NCBI GenBank assembly: GCA_002307095.1
Contig: DBTO01000125.1
Location: 1 to 34,773 of the forward strand
DNA from: Sulfurospirillum sp. UBA1314
GTDB taxonomy: Bacteria; Campylobacterota; Campylobacteria; Campylobacterales; Sulfurospirillaceae
Length of the DNA: 34,773 nucleotides
Direction of reading: 5' to 3'
Part shown: one piece after another, positions 12,280-20,416 of the stretch
Numbering within the stretch: the first letter of the stretch is position 1
Layout of the letters: every line of letters begins with the position of its first letter
Notes under the pieces: model-generated
What the model was told of the DNA's origin: nothing
What the model saw: the letters and a program-made list of their open reading frames with translations, nothing else
Databases searched by the model: none
Program-made: the position numbers and the translations under genes

Positions 12280-14760
12280 ATGAATTTTTTAGATAATTAC
12301 AGTTCGGCTTCGCAGTTTGATGAGATGCTCGATGCGCAGTTACGCGTCAGGGAGCATTGGCAACCGCTTCTAGAACGCCTTGAATCGATCAGCGCTGAGG
12401 AACTCGCCAACAAACAAGCAGAGATCGCGTGGCATTTGGAAGACAACGGTGTGACGTACAACGTCTACAACGACCCTGATGGCAATGGCAATCGTCCGTG
12501 GAGTTTGGACCCGATTCCCTTTGTTATTACGAAGACGGAGTGGAAAGTAATCAAACAAGGGATCAAACAGCGCGCAAAACTCTTCAACTTGATCTTAAAA
12601 GACCTCTATGGTGAGCAGAAACTGCTTAAAGAGAACATCATTCCTGCCGAGGTGATTTACGGGCATAAAGGGTTCATTCCTGCTGTTCACACTTTAGGCT
12701 TGATGGAGGATTTTCAGCTCCATTTTTACGCGCTTGACATGGCACGAGGGCCTGATGGGAAAATGTGGGTCATCAATGATCGCACCCAAGCGCCCTCAGG
12801 GCTTGGATATGCCGTTGAAAATCGTTTGACGATGAACATCGTCTCAAAAGACCTCTACCCAGAACACGAGATCAAAAAACTGCTTCCGTTCATCGATGAG
12901 TTTAAAAAGCTTTTGAAAAAACTCTCCAAAGGTGACATCACCAAAGCGGCACTGCTGACTCCGGGACCTTTAAGTGAGACCTACTTTGAACATGCCTATT
13001 TGAGCTCTTTTTTGGAGATCAACTTGGTTGAAGGCGATGATCTGCTCTCTAAAAACGGTGCGCTGTGGCTGAAGAGTTTGAGTGGGCTAAAGCCTATCAA
13101 CACTCTGCTAAGACGTTTGGATGACCGTTTTTGCGACCCCCTTGAGCTTCTTAATGACTCAAAATTGGGCGTGGCAGGCTTGGTTGACTGCTTAAGGCAG
13201 GGCAATCTTGGTATGATCAACCCCATCGGCAGTGCGATTGTGGAGAACATCGGGCTGAACCCGTTTATGGAGCGCATCTGTCGTTATTTTTTAAACGAAG
13301 AGCTTTTACTGCCACAGATCGCGACGTGGTGGTGTGGGCAGAGCCATGAGTTGGAGTATGTGCTTGAGCATTTTGACACGCTCATCATCAAAAAAATTGA
13401 CCGCACCGAGGCGATTCAGACGCATTTGGTGAAAAAACTCTCGCATGAGATGAAGCAGCAGCTTAAACATAGCATTCTCCAAAACCCTCACCAGTACGTT
13501 GCACAAGAGGAGATCAGTTTTTCCACGACTCCTTTTTATGCCAACGGGAAAATCGAGCCTCGCAACGCCGTTGTGCGTGCGTATGCCCTGAAAAAAAGTG
13601 AGAATTACACGGTGATGAACGGAGGACTGGTGCGCGTTTCTGCCTCCAAAGATGCCCTCTTGGTCTCATCGCAAAAGGGTGGAACGAGTAAAGATTTGTG
13701 GATTTTGGGCGAAGATGATACGATCGATATGAGCTCCATTTTCAACACGCTTCCTTATGTGGATGTCTCGATTCACACAATGCCCACGCGCAAAGCAGAA
13801 AACCTTTTTTGGTTGGGACGCTACTTGTGCCGCACCATCACAACCATACGTCTCATTCGCTATGTGGTGAAAAAGATGACTAATTTTAGCCGCTACGAAG
13901 GGGCTTTATCGCATGAATCGCAACTGATTTTGGAAAAATCCTTGACGCATTTAACGATGACGTATCCTGGATTTTTAGATGAAAAAATCGCACAAAATCA
14001 GACGAGTGAAATCGAGTCGCTCATCAAAGACAAAAGCAAGCAAGGGGGACTTTCTTTTACGATGGAGATGCTCTTTAGCGCGAATGTCTCGATCAAAAGT
14101 CTGCTGGCGATTGAGGCGTGGAAACTCTTTGACAAGATGCAAAAAGAGTGGAAAATCTTTATGCGCAAAATCAACTCTCCCACGCAGACGATTTTAAGCG
14201 AACTCGATAAATTTTTGCTCTACCTTGTTGCGTACAAAGAGCTGGTCGAAGAGAGCATGTACAAAGAGCAGGGGTTGATTTTGTATGACATCGGTTATAA
14301 GCTCGAATCCGCACTTTTGACGATCTCCAAAGCGCGCTCGATGCTCTGTGTCAAACATGAAAAGTCCGCAAGTTACGACATTTTAGAGGGTATGCTCAAC
14401 TCCTGTGAGAGCTTTAATGCGTATCGAACGCAGTATAAAAGCTCGCTTCAGTTGGACAATGTGTTGGAGTTTTTAATCCTCAGTCCGCAATTTCCCAAGT
14501 CGATTGCTTACATTACCAACGAGCTTTTGGAAGACATGAAAGCGCTTCCGAAGAGTAAAAAGTATCTCAGTAGCTACGAAGAGCCGGTATTTCAAGCGTT
14601 TTCATCGCTGAAACTCACCAATGTCGCAAGCTTGATGCAGATAGAAGAAGGTGGAATGGTGTATCAAAAACTCGATGAATTTTTAGCAAAACTGACAGCG
14701 CATTTTTCGCTCTGTTCGATGGAGCTTTCCAAAACCTATTTTTCCCACTACGATGAGTAA
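12280..14760 (+). CDS. Circularly permuted ATP-grasp protein fused to an alpha-E domain
   Basis: FDEM, GVTYNVY, DRTQAPSG, LLTPGP.SETYFEHAYL, RRLDD.FCDPLEL and GGTSKD.W motifs. C-terminal AENLFWLGRY and FPKSI alpha-E motifs. Confidence 0.88.
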   Translation: MNFLDNYSSASQFDEMLDAQLRVREHWQPLLERLESISAEELANKQAEIAWHLEDNGVTYNVYNDPDGNGNRPWSLDPIPFVITKTEWKVIKQGIKQRAKLFNLILKDLYGEQKLLKENIIPAEVIYGHKGFIPAVHTLGLMEDFQLHFYALDMARGPDGKMWVINDRTQAPSGLGYAVENRLTMNIVSKDLYPEHEIKKLLPFIDEFKKLLKKLSKGDITKAALLTPGPLSETYFEHAYLSSFLEINLVEGDDLLSKNGALWLKSLSGLKPINTLLRRLDDRFCDPLELLNDSKLGVAGLVDCLRQGNLGMINPIGSAIVENIGLNPFMERICRYFLNEELLLPQIATWWCGQSHELEYVLEHFDTLIIKKIDRTEAIQTHLVKKLSHEMKQQLKHSILQNPHQYVAQEEISFSTTPFYANGKIEPRNAVVRAYALKKSENYTVMNGGLVRVSASKDALLVSSQKGGTSKDLWILGEDDTIDMSSIFNTLPYVDVSIHTMPTRKAENLFWLGRYLCRTITTIRLIRYVVKKMTNFSRYEGALSHESQLILEKSLTHLTMTYPGFLDEKIAQNQTSEIESLIKDKSKQGGLSFTMEMLFSANVSIKSLLAIEAWKLFDKMQKEWKIFMRKINSPTQTILSELDKFLLYLVAYKELVEESMYKEQGLILYDIGYKLESALLTISKARSMLCVKHEKSASYDILEGMLNSCESFNAYRTQYKSSLQLDNVLEFLILSPQFPKSIAYITNELLEDMKALPKSKKYLSSYEEPVFQAFSSLKLTNVASLMQIEEGGMVYQKLDEFLAKLTAHFSLCSMELSKTYFSHYDE

Positions 14761-14763
14761 GCC

Positions 14764-15654
14764 ATGATGTACGAAATTTACCACAAAACCGCCTTCAAAT
14801 ACGAAAGCCTCGTCACGTTTAGCCACAACATTGCCCGTCTCAAACCCAAAGACACGCCTTTTCAGCGCGTGATGGATTTTGGCATGGAGATCACGCCCAT
14901 GCCGTATGAGCAAAGCGAATTTGATGACATGTTTGGCAATCACACAACGCACCTTTTGATCCGTGAAGCACATGAATCACTCTGCGTTATCGGAAGATCG
15001 CATGTTGAGCTGGGTGGCGATGCGATGCGTTTACATGTAAACAACCTTCGCGCGCAAAGTACGACGTACGAGGAATCACTGCGTCTCTTGCAACAGTTTG
15101 ACCTGAACGATCTGGTTGCGAAGCCTTTTATGTTTGACTCAGCGCTTATTCCTAAAGCGTCGCGTGGCATTGTCGAATATGCGAAGCGCTCATTCACGCC
15201 ACAACGCAACCTTGTAGATGCCGCACAAGAGTTTATGAACCGCATCTTTCAAGACTTCCAATTCGTCGCAGGTTTTAGCGATGTGACCACGCCCATCGAG
15301 GAGATTTTCGAGGCAAAAAAAGGGGTCTGTCAAGACTTCGCACAGTTCGCCATCGCCGCCCTTCGCTCCATCGGTCTGCCTGCTAAATACATGAGCGGCT
15401 ACATCGAAACCATTCCTGCCGTTGGCATGCCCAAACTCTTTGGCGCCGACGCATCCCACGCATGGTTTGCACTCTACATTCCGCGCCTTGGTTGGCTAGA
15501 ACTCGACCCCACCAACAACATCATCCCCGAAGATCAACACATTTTACTAGGAAGTGGGAGAGACTACAACGACGTCGCACCGCTAAAAGGTGTGGTGTTA
15601 AGCAGCGGACAAAGCGAACTTTCCATCGAAGTGAACGTACAAAAGATATTCTAA
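14764..15654 (+). CDS. Transglutaminase family protein, catalytic triad intact
   Basis: GVCQDFAQ, SHAW, LDPTNN and GRDY.DV.P.KG motifs. Confidence 0.9.
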   Translation: MMYEIYHKTAFKYESLVTFSHNIARLKPKDTPFQRVMDFGMEITPMPYEQSEFDDMFGNHTTHLLIREAHESLCVIGRSHVELGGDAMRLHVNNLRAQSTTYEESLRLLQQFDLNDLVAKPFMFDSALIPKASRGIVEYAKRSFTPQRNLVDAAQEFMNRIFQDFQFVAGFSDVTTPIEEIFEAKKGVCQDFAQFAIAALRSIGLPAKYMSGYIETIPAVGMPKLFGADASHAWFALYIPRLGWLELDPTNNIIPEDQHILLGSGRDYNDVAPLKGVVLSSGQSELSIEVNVQKIF

Positions 15655-15685
15655 ATGTTTTACATGTAAAGCTATTCTCTATTTT

Positions 15686-15720
15686 ACAGTGTTGCGTATG
15701 ATGCAACACTGTGCTATAAT
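15686..15720 (+). promoter_or_regulatory. higBA promoter with overlapping inverted-repeat operator
   Basis: -35 TTGCGT (15692-15697), 17-bp spacer, -10 TATAAT (15715-15720) preceded by TG. Perfect 10-bp IR ACAGTGTTGC-N7-GCAACACTGT at 15686-15712. Confidence 0.75.
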
Positions 15721-15726
15721 TCTCTC

Positions 15727-16005
15727 ATGATAAAGTCATTTAAACATAAAGGTCTTCAACTCTTTTTTGAATCAGGGAGCCTCAAAGGTATTCAAGCTGA
15801 TCATGCAAAAAAACTGAAAATGAGACTAACGGCACTTGATACGGCAATGGTTATTGAAGATTTAAAATTGCCTGGATTTGATTTGCATGAACTTGAAGGC
15901 ACTAAAAAAGGCGTCTGGTCTATCTGGGTCAATGGCAATTGGAGACTCACGTTTACCTTTGAAAATGGCGATGTCTGTATTTTAAATTACGAGGATTACC
16001 ACTAA
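15727..16005 (+). CDS. higB: HigB-family toxin (RelE/ParE superfamily)
   Basis: MIKSFKHKGL..FF, LH.L.G...G.WSI.VNGNWRLTF.F and DYH C-terminus. Toxin-first order. Confidence 0.92.
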   Translation: MIKSFKHKGLQLFFESGSLKGIQADHAKKLKMRLTALDTAMVIEDLKLPGFDLHELEGTKKGVWSIWVNGNWRLTFTFENGDVCILNYEDYH

Positions 16006-16295
16006 TGAGCATGCACAACCCGCCCCATCCTGGGCAATTTATCAAAGAAGTTTACCTTGATGAACTTCATATCAGTGAACGAGAAGTGGCGCATAAACTA
16101 AGCGTTGCACCTTCTACTTTTCATCGACTTATTGCAGGCAAAACCAATGTAACGCCTGAAATGGCACTACGCCTTTCAATAACGTTGGGACGAACACCTG
16201 AGAGTTGGCTTGCAATGCAAGATAAATACAGTCTATGGATTCTTGGGCACTCGCTTAATCTTGATGCCGTTGAAAAGTTAGATATTCCTGCATAA
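16005..16295 (+). CDS. higA: HigA-family antitoxin (XRE HTH)
   Basis: MHNPPHPG, VTPEMALRL and ESWL.MQ..Y motifs. TAATG coupling to higB. Confidence 0.92.
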   Translation: MSMHNPPHPGQFIKEVYLDELHISEREVAHKLSVAPSTFHRLIAGKTNVTPEMALRLSITLGRTPESWLAMQDKYSLWILGHSLNLDAVEKLDIPA

Positions 16296-16322
16296 GCTAA
16301 GCTAGAACATAAAGGATAATGG

Positions 16323-17048
16323 TTGAAAAAGTATCTTCTCAGAGGATTTGGAGCATTAGGAATTTTATTTTTTGTTCCACTTTTCTTTTTGACATTTTCC
16401 GATTCTCAAATGGTTGAAACATCTGCTAAGCATTTTATAGCGTGGAAACTCCAAAATGAAATCAATGCAAAAATAGATTCGATGAAACTGCCTCAATCCA
16501 AAATAGTTGAAAAAGTGTTTGGTACGAAAGGTGAAACGTTAGCATATCTTAAACAGAAGCTTAAAGAGGATGCTCCAACTATTTTAGCAACGCAACTGGC
16601 AAAAATTTCCGATCCTCATTGCGAATGTCGAACTAGATGGAAAGAACGCTTAAGCACTTTCGTTGAAGTTGAAATAGCCTCTTTGGAAAAAGCAAAAGAA
16701 AAACTGGCTGATTTTATGAATGGAAAATACATGGAAACTGTAGAAAAACTCACACGAGATATGAGAATCTTCCTTGGAGTTAATGGGCTTTGCTTTATCT
16801 TTTTATTTCTTATATCGTTTTTGAAACCGCAAGCAACAGAGCATCTCTTTTTACCCAGTTTTCTTCTGTTACTTTCTTCTGCACTATGCTCTTATGTTTA
16901 TCTTTTTCAGCAAAACTGGTTTTATACCATACTCTATAACGATTACACGGGATTTGGGTATTTAGCCTATTTCCTCATCGTTTTTGCACTTTTATGCGAC
17001 ATCGTTTTTAATAAAGCAAAGGTGATAAGTAGTCTTCCCGTATGCTAA
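16323..17048 (+). CDS. Hypothetical membrane protein (about 4 TM segments, soluble helical loop with CEC)
   Basis: 241-aa ORF, AAGGA RBS before a TTG start, one N-terminal and three C-terminal hydrophobic segments. Confidence 0.65.
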   Translation: MKKYLLRGFGALGILFFVPLFFLTFSDSQMVETSAKHFIAWKLQNEINAKIDSMKLPQSKIVEKVFGTKGETLAYLKQKLKEDAPTILATQLAKISDPHCECRTRWKERLSTFVEVEIASLEKAKEKLADFMNGKYMETVEKLTRDMRIFLGVNGLCFIFLFLISFLKPQATEHLFLPSFLLLLSSALCSYVYLFQQNWFYTILYNDYTGFGYLAYFLIVFALLCDIVFNKAKVISSLPVC

Positions 17049-17054
17049 GCAATC

Positions 17055-17095
17055 AAGCTTTACATGTAAACCAAAAACGTTTACATGTAAAGCTT
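17055..17095. terminator. 17-bp perfect inverted repeat built from two TTTACATGTAAA copies; probable bidirectional terminator
   Basis: AAGCTTTACATGTAAAC-caaaaac-GTTTACATGTAAAGCTT between the convergent stops at 17048 and 17094. Confidence 0.65.
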
Positions 17096-18047
17096 AAAGA
17101 GTGTTTTGTGCGGATTCGACTTTGACGATGCGATACGCAATGGCGTTTTGGAAGATGAGCGAATAGTCGTAGCGACAGGAGATGATGCCATCGCACGGCG
17201 AGATGATCGTCTGGATGAGCGTGCCATCGAGTGAGTTGAAAATGCGCGCTAAGGGTTGACCGTGTACGACAGAATCGCCGATGTTGGCGAGAGTGTCAAA
17301 GAGCCCTGCGGCACTGCTTTTGATCGCTTCGATGTCGTTTGGCATAACAAGATTGCCGTGTGAGCCTTCAAACGTTGAGAAGTCGATGAGCTCTTTTTTG
17401 ACTAAAAAGCGCACGATGGCATCAAACACTTTGTTGGCTTCGTGCTTATGGAGGATGCCTTTTTTACCTGAAATGAGCGAAAATGCTTTGGCATTCCACA
17501 CATTCCAGTTATACGTTAATGAGACCGTGTCATTGGGCGTTTCCTCTTTGACGTGAATAAAATCAAGCCCAAACGCTCTTGCATCCTCGATGTAGTTCAT
17601 GCCCGATTCGAGTACCTCGACGTAGGGAATGCACTCGACGTGATCTTTTCTCGCTTCGAGTAAAATCGCGTAGTCGTAGTTATTGGTTTTTTCAAACAAG
17701 CGTGCGGCGATGCGTTGGGTTGTTTCGCCTTTATCGTAGCCGGGGAACATCACATCAATGTCGGTGTTATCAAGCGGCCAGAAGTTTTTCCCCATGTTAA
17801 AGGAGTAGGGATTGACGGTGGGGATCACAAGAATTTCACCCTTGACAAAGGCGGCATTCGCTAGTTCATGTTGACGTAAAAAGCGCACCAATTGCGACGC
17901 AATCCAAAGCTGGTCGATGGCGGTGCCCATCATCGGTCCTACGATGACGCAACTAGGCGTCGTGCCCTCTCTTCCAAAACGAAACCCTTTGACTTTGAGA
18001 GGATTGCGACTCAGAGAGCTGATCTCAAATAAAACTTCTTCTTTCAT
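17094..18047 (-). CDS. M14 / succinylglutamate desuccinylase-aspartoacylase-like protein, zinc ligands lost
   Basis: Colinear with its neighbour (IPTVNP, D....FPG...G, C-terminal barrel-sandwich SPCDG), but HGDE is replaced by MGTA and DIHA by LLEA. Confidence 0.78.
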   Translation of the reverse strand: MKEEVLFEISSLSRNPLKVKGFRFGREGTTPSCVIVGPMMGTAIDQLWIASQLVRFLRQHELANAAFVKGEILVIPTVNPYSFNMGKNFWPLDNTDIDVMFPGYDKGETTQRIAARLFEKTNNYDYAILLEARKDHVECIPYVEVLESGMNYIEDARAFGLDFIHVKEETPNDTVSLTYNWNVWNAKAFSLISGKKGILHKHEANKVFDAIVRFLVKKELIDFSTFEGSHGNLVMPNDIEAIKSSAAGLFDTLANIGDSVVHGQPLARIFNSLDGTLIQTIISPCDGIISCRYDYSLIFQNAIAYRIVKVESAQNTL

Positions 18048-18997
18048 AGGGCGGTGTCCTCTTTGGGGTCTTCGAGTATGCGTGCAAGAAGGGAGCCTTC
18101 ATATACGACGGGGTATTCGCGAATGGTAAATAACAAGCCATTGCAGGGGCTAATGAGTGTTTCTAGAATGCGCCCTGAGAGCGGATCGATGATTTCCCCG
18201 AGTTTTTCACCTTTTAAAACAGTGACATTGTGTTCTAAAATAGGAATGAAAATCCCTGATTTGGAAGCGTTGACAAAAAAGACTTCGGAATGCAGGTTTG
18301 AAACGGTCGTTTTCGTCGTTGGAAGGACGGCTCTTTCGATGATGCCCACGTGTGCGAGCAGGTTTAAAATACCTTTGGTGAGACTTTGCCCATACTCCTT
18401 GGTGATGCGCATTCCCACACCCATCTCCACAACGAGTGTTTTGGTACCAATCGAATTCATCGCATGCGCAAAAGTAGATTCCAAAACTGTCACCGCGTCA
18501 TGCACCCAAATAAACTCAATGTCGAGTTTCTCCGCTAAGGGGATGAGTTCATCGGCGGTTGAGCGACTGATGCGCACTTGAGGAAGTTCGCGTAAAAAGA
18601 TGTTACTTGCATGAATATCGATGGCAAAGTCACTGCCCCTGACTGTATCGACAATAGCATTCGCCACTTGGGAAGGTAAAAAGTCAGAGGTATTGCCCGG
18701 AAAATTGCGGTTGAGATCGACATCGTAAAAAGGAAACCCACGTGTGATGCTGTCGATGCCCATAGGATTCATAGCAGGATAAATATCTACAATGCCTTTG
18801 ATACAGTGCTTGTTCGCGTTCAGCCATTTGGCAAGCAGATAACAGACGTATTGCCCTTCGATCTCATCACCATGCGTCCCTGTGACAATCGAGATGCGTT
18901 TGGTTGAGGTGGAAATGTCCTCAGGCGAAAAACGGTTGCGTCTGAGCGTTAAGGTTTCATTGACAGGTAAGTTGACGTTAAAGACCTCTTCAATCAT
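18044..18997 (-). CDS. M14 family metallopeptidase (AstE/AspA-like), predicted active
   Basis: THGDE (His codon 18872-18874), DLNRNFPG, DIHA and VVEMG motifs. ATGA overlaps on both sides. Confidence 0.88.
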   Translation of the reverse strand: MIEEVFNVNLPVNETLTLRRNRFSPEDISTSTKRISIVTGTHGDEIEGQYVCYLLAKWLNANKHCIKGIVDIYPAMNPMGIDSITRGFPFYDVDLNRNFPGNTSDFLPSQVANAIVDTVRGSDFAIDIHASNIFLRELPQVRISRSTADELIPLAEKLDIEFIWVHDAVTVLESTFAHAMNSIGTKTLVVEMGVGMRITKEYGQSLTKGILNLLAHVGIIERAVLPTTKTTVSNLHSEVFFVNASKSGIFIPILEHNVTVLKGEKLGEIIDPLSGRILETLISPCNGLLFTIREYPVVYEGSLLARILEDPKEDTAL

Positions 18998-19764
18998 TGT
19001 TCATTCCTCTCAATTCGACCCATGATCTCTAAAATATGCTGACGTTTGCCGATGTAACTGCCTCTGTGAATCTGACACTCTGAAAAATCACGCCCATGCG
19101 CGATTTTGATGTAAGGCTCATCATGGATGAAAATGCCACTTTGCGGATCAAGTCCTCTCCAATCCCCATCCATAAACGCTTCCACCCACGTATGTGTTTT
19201 ATTGACGCCATCAATGAACCCGTTGACAAAACGTGCAGGAATGCCGTTACTGCGCAAGAGCGCAATCAGCAAATGGCTAAAATCTTGACTGATGCCCTCT
19301 TTGTAGAGTAAAAACGTCTCAAGCCCTTTGGCTTTAGGCTCTTCGATCGCTCTAAATTGCTCATAGAGCAGTTGGGTCAAAAAATGCGCTTTGCGAAAGT
19401 CGGTCACAGGAAGTTTGAGCGAACGAGAAAATTCACGCACATCTTCGCACAAAGGTGCCAACGTAGAGTGCGGCAGATAAAGCTCCACGGGCTCTTTGTC
19501 GTGGTACACATAAGGGGAGAGTTCTATCTCTCCTTCGATGGTTGCTTTAAGCGCACGGTGCGGTTTGCCCAAAAATCCATACACCAAATGGTTTTCAAAT
19601 CCATCGCGTGTCTCGTAGTAAGGGACACCATCATTGAGACTGAGTTTCCACGCTAGAAGTGTTTGGATGGCATTGGTGTACGGCACCATGCGCAAACAAA
19701 AGTGATGGTTGCGTACTGGCTCATCAAATGTGAGCGTAAAATCATAAGAAAAATTAACTTTCAT
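18994..19764 (-). CDS. Transglutaminase family protein with Cys-to-Ser change at the nucleophile
   Basis: GISQDFSH (family consensus G.CQD..H), GIPARFVNG, THTWVE, GLDP and AHGRDF motifs. Confidence 0.85.
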   Translation of the reverse strand: MKVNFSYDFTLTFDEPVRNHHFCLRMVPYTNAIQTLLAWKLSLNDGVPYYETRDGFENHLVYGFLGKPHRALKATIEGEIELSPYVYHDKEPVELYLPHSTLAPLCEDVREFSRSLKLPVTDFRKAHFLTQLLYEQFRAIEEPKAKGLETFLLYKEGISQDFSHLLIALLRSNGIPARFVNGFIDGVNKTHTWVEAFMDGDWRGLDPQSGIFIHDEPYIKIAHGRDFSECQIHRGSYIGKRQHILEIMGRIERNEQ

Positions 19765-20416
19765 GCGTTGTGGTCAATGCCTCGAATACTGAATTGATCG
19801 TTTGTAACGTTTTAAATTTATTACTGGACGAAAGTGTAACACGTTTATGATTTGGGCGAACTTTCTCAGCAATGCTGTTAAGCTTTTCCACATCCATCAA
19901 AGCCGCTTCAATGCTGTCGTAAAGGCGAATATTGAGATCCATTCGCTCTACCACTTTGCCCAACTGAATCAAAGGAGACTCTTTGGCTTCAACGAGTGAA
20001 AGCTCAAAATTACCCCAAATGGCATCAAGCTCTTTGAGCGTACCTTCTAACCAATAAAGCGAAACAGTACGCTCCTCTTTGGCGGTTTGATAGGCTAAAT
20101 AGAGCGCATTAATGCGGCTAAACATACGGTTTGAGAGGTGTGAGCGTGTCAAAATGGCATTTTCACGCGCCATGTTGATTGTATTGTACAAGCTCGCATC
20201 TTCTAAGTTAAAGACACTTTCTCTCAAAAACATTTGTGCTGAGTCGTATGCAAGTTCAATGCCAAGTTTGGCATAAAATGCCTTCGCATCCTCAAAATCT
20301 TCATCTAAAATTTTATCAAAAAGAGCAATGACCAAACGTGTCATACTCTCAGCTCTTTGAATATAGCGACCCATCCAGTAAAGATGTTCTGCCGCTTGAG
20401 GGGGTATGAGAATCAT
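19754..20416 (-). CDS. Alpha-E domain protein (short form)
   Basis: AEHLYWMGRYIQRAE, ARENA...R and LGKVVERMD motifs. Start moved to 20416 (AAGGAG RBS, ATGA overlap with the upstream stop). Confidence 0.85.
   Translation of the reverse strand: MILIPPQAAEHLYWMGRYIQRAESMTRLVIALFDKILDEDFEDAKAFYAKLGIELAYDSAQMFLRESVFNLEDASLYNTINMARENAILTRSHLSNRMFSRINALYLAYQTAKEERTVSLYWLEGTLKELDAIWGNFELSLVEAKESPLIQLGKVVERMDLNIRLYDSIEAALMDVEKLNSIAEKVRPNHKRVTLSSSNKFKTLQTINSVFEALTTTHES

Noticed and set aside
8138-19764. Four transglutaminase-fold genes as a single system
   Set aside because: The BTLCP gene is coupled to the adhesin and separated from the next operon by a promoter; proximity is probably coincidental.
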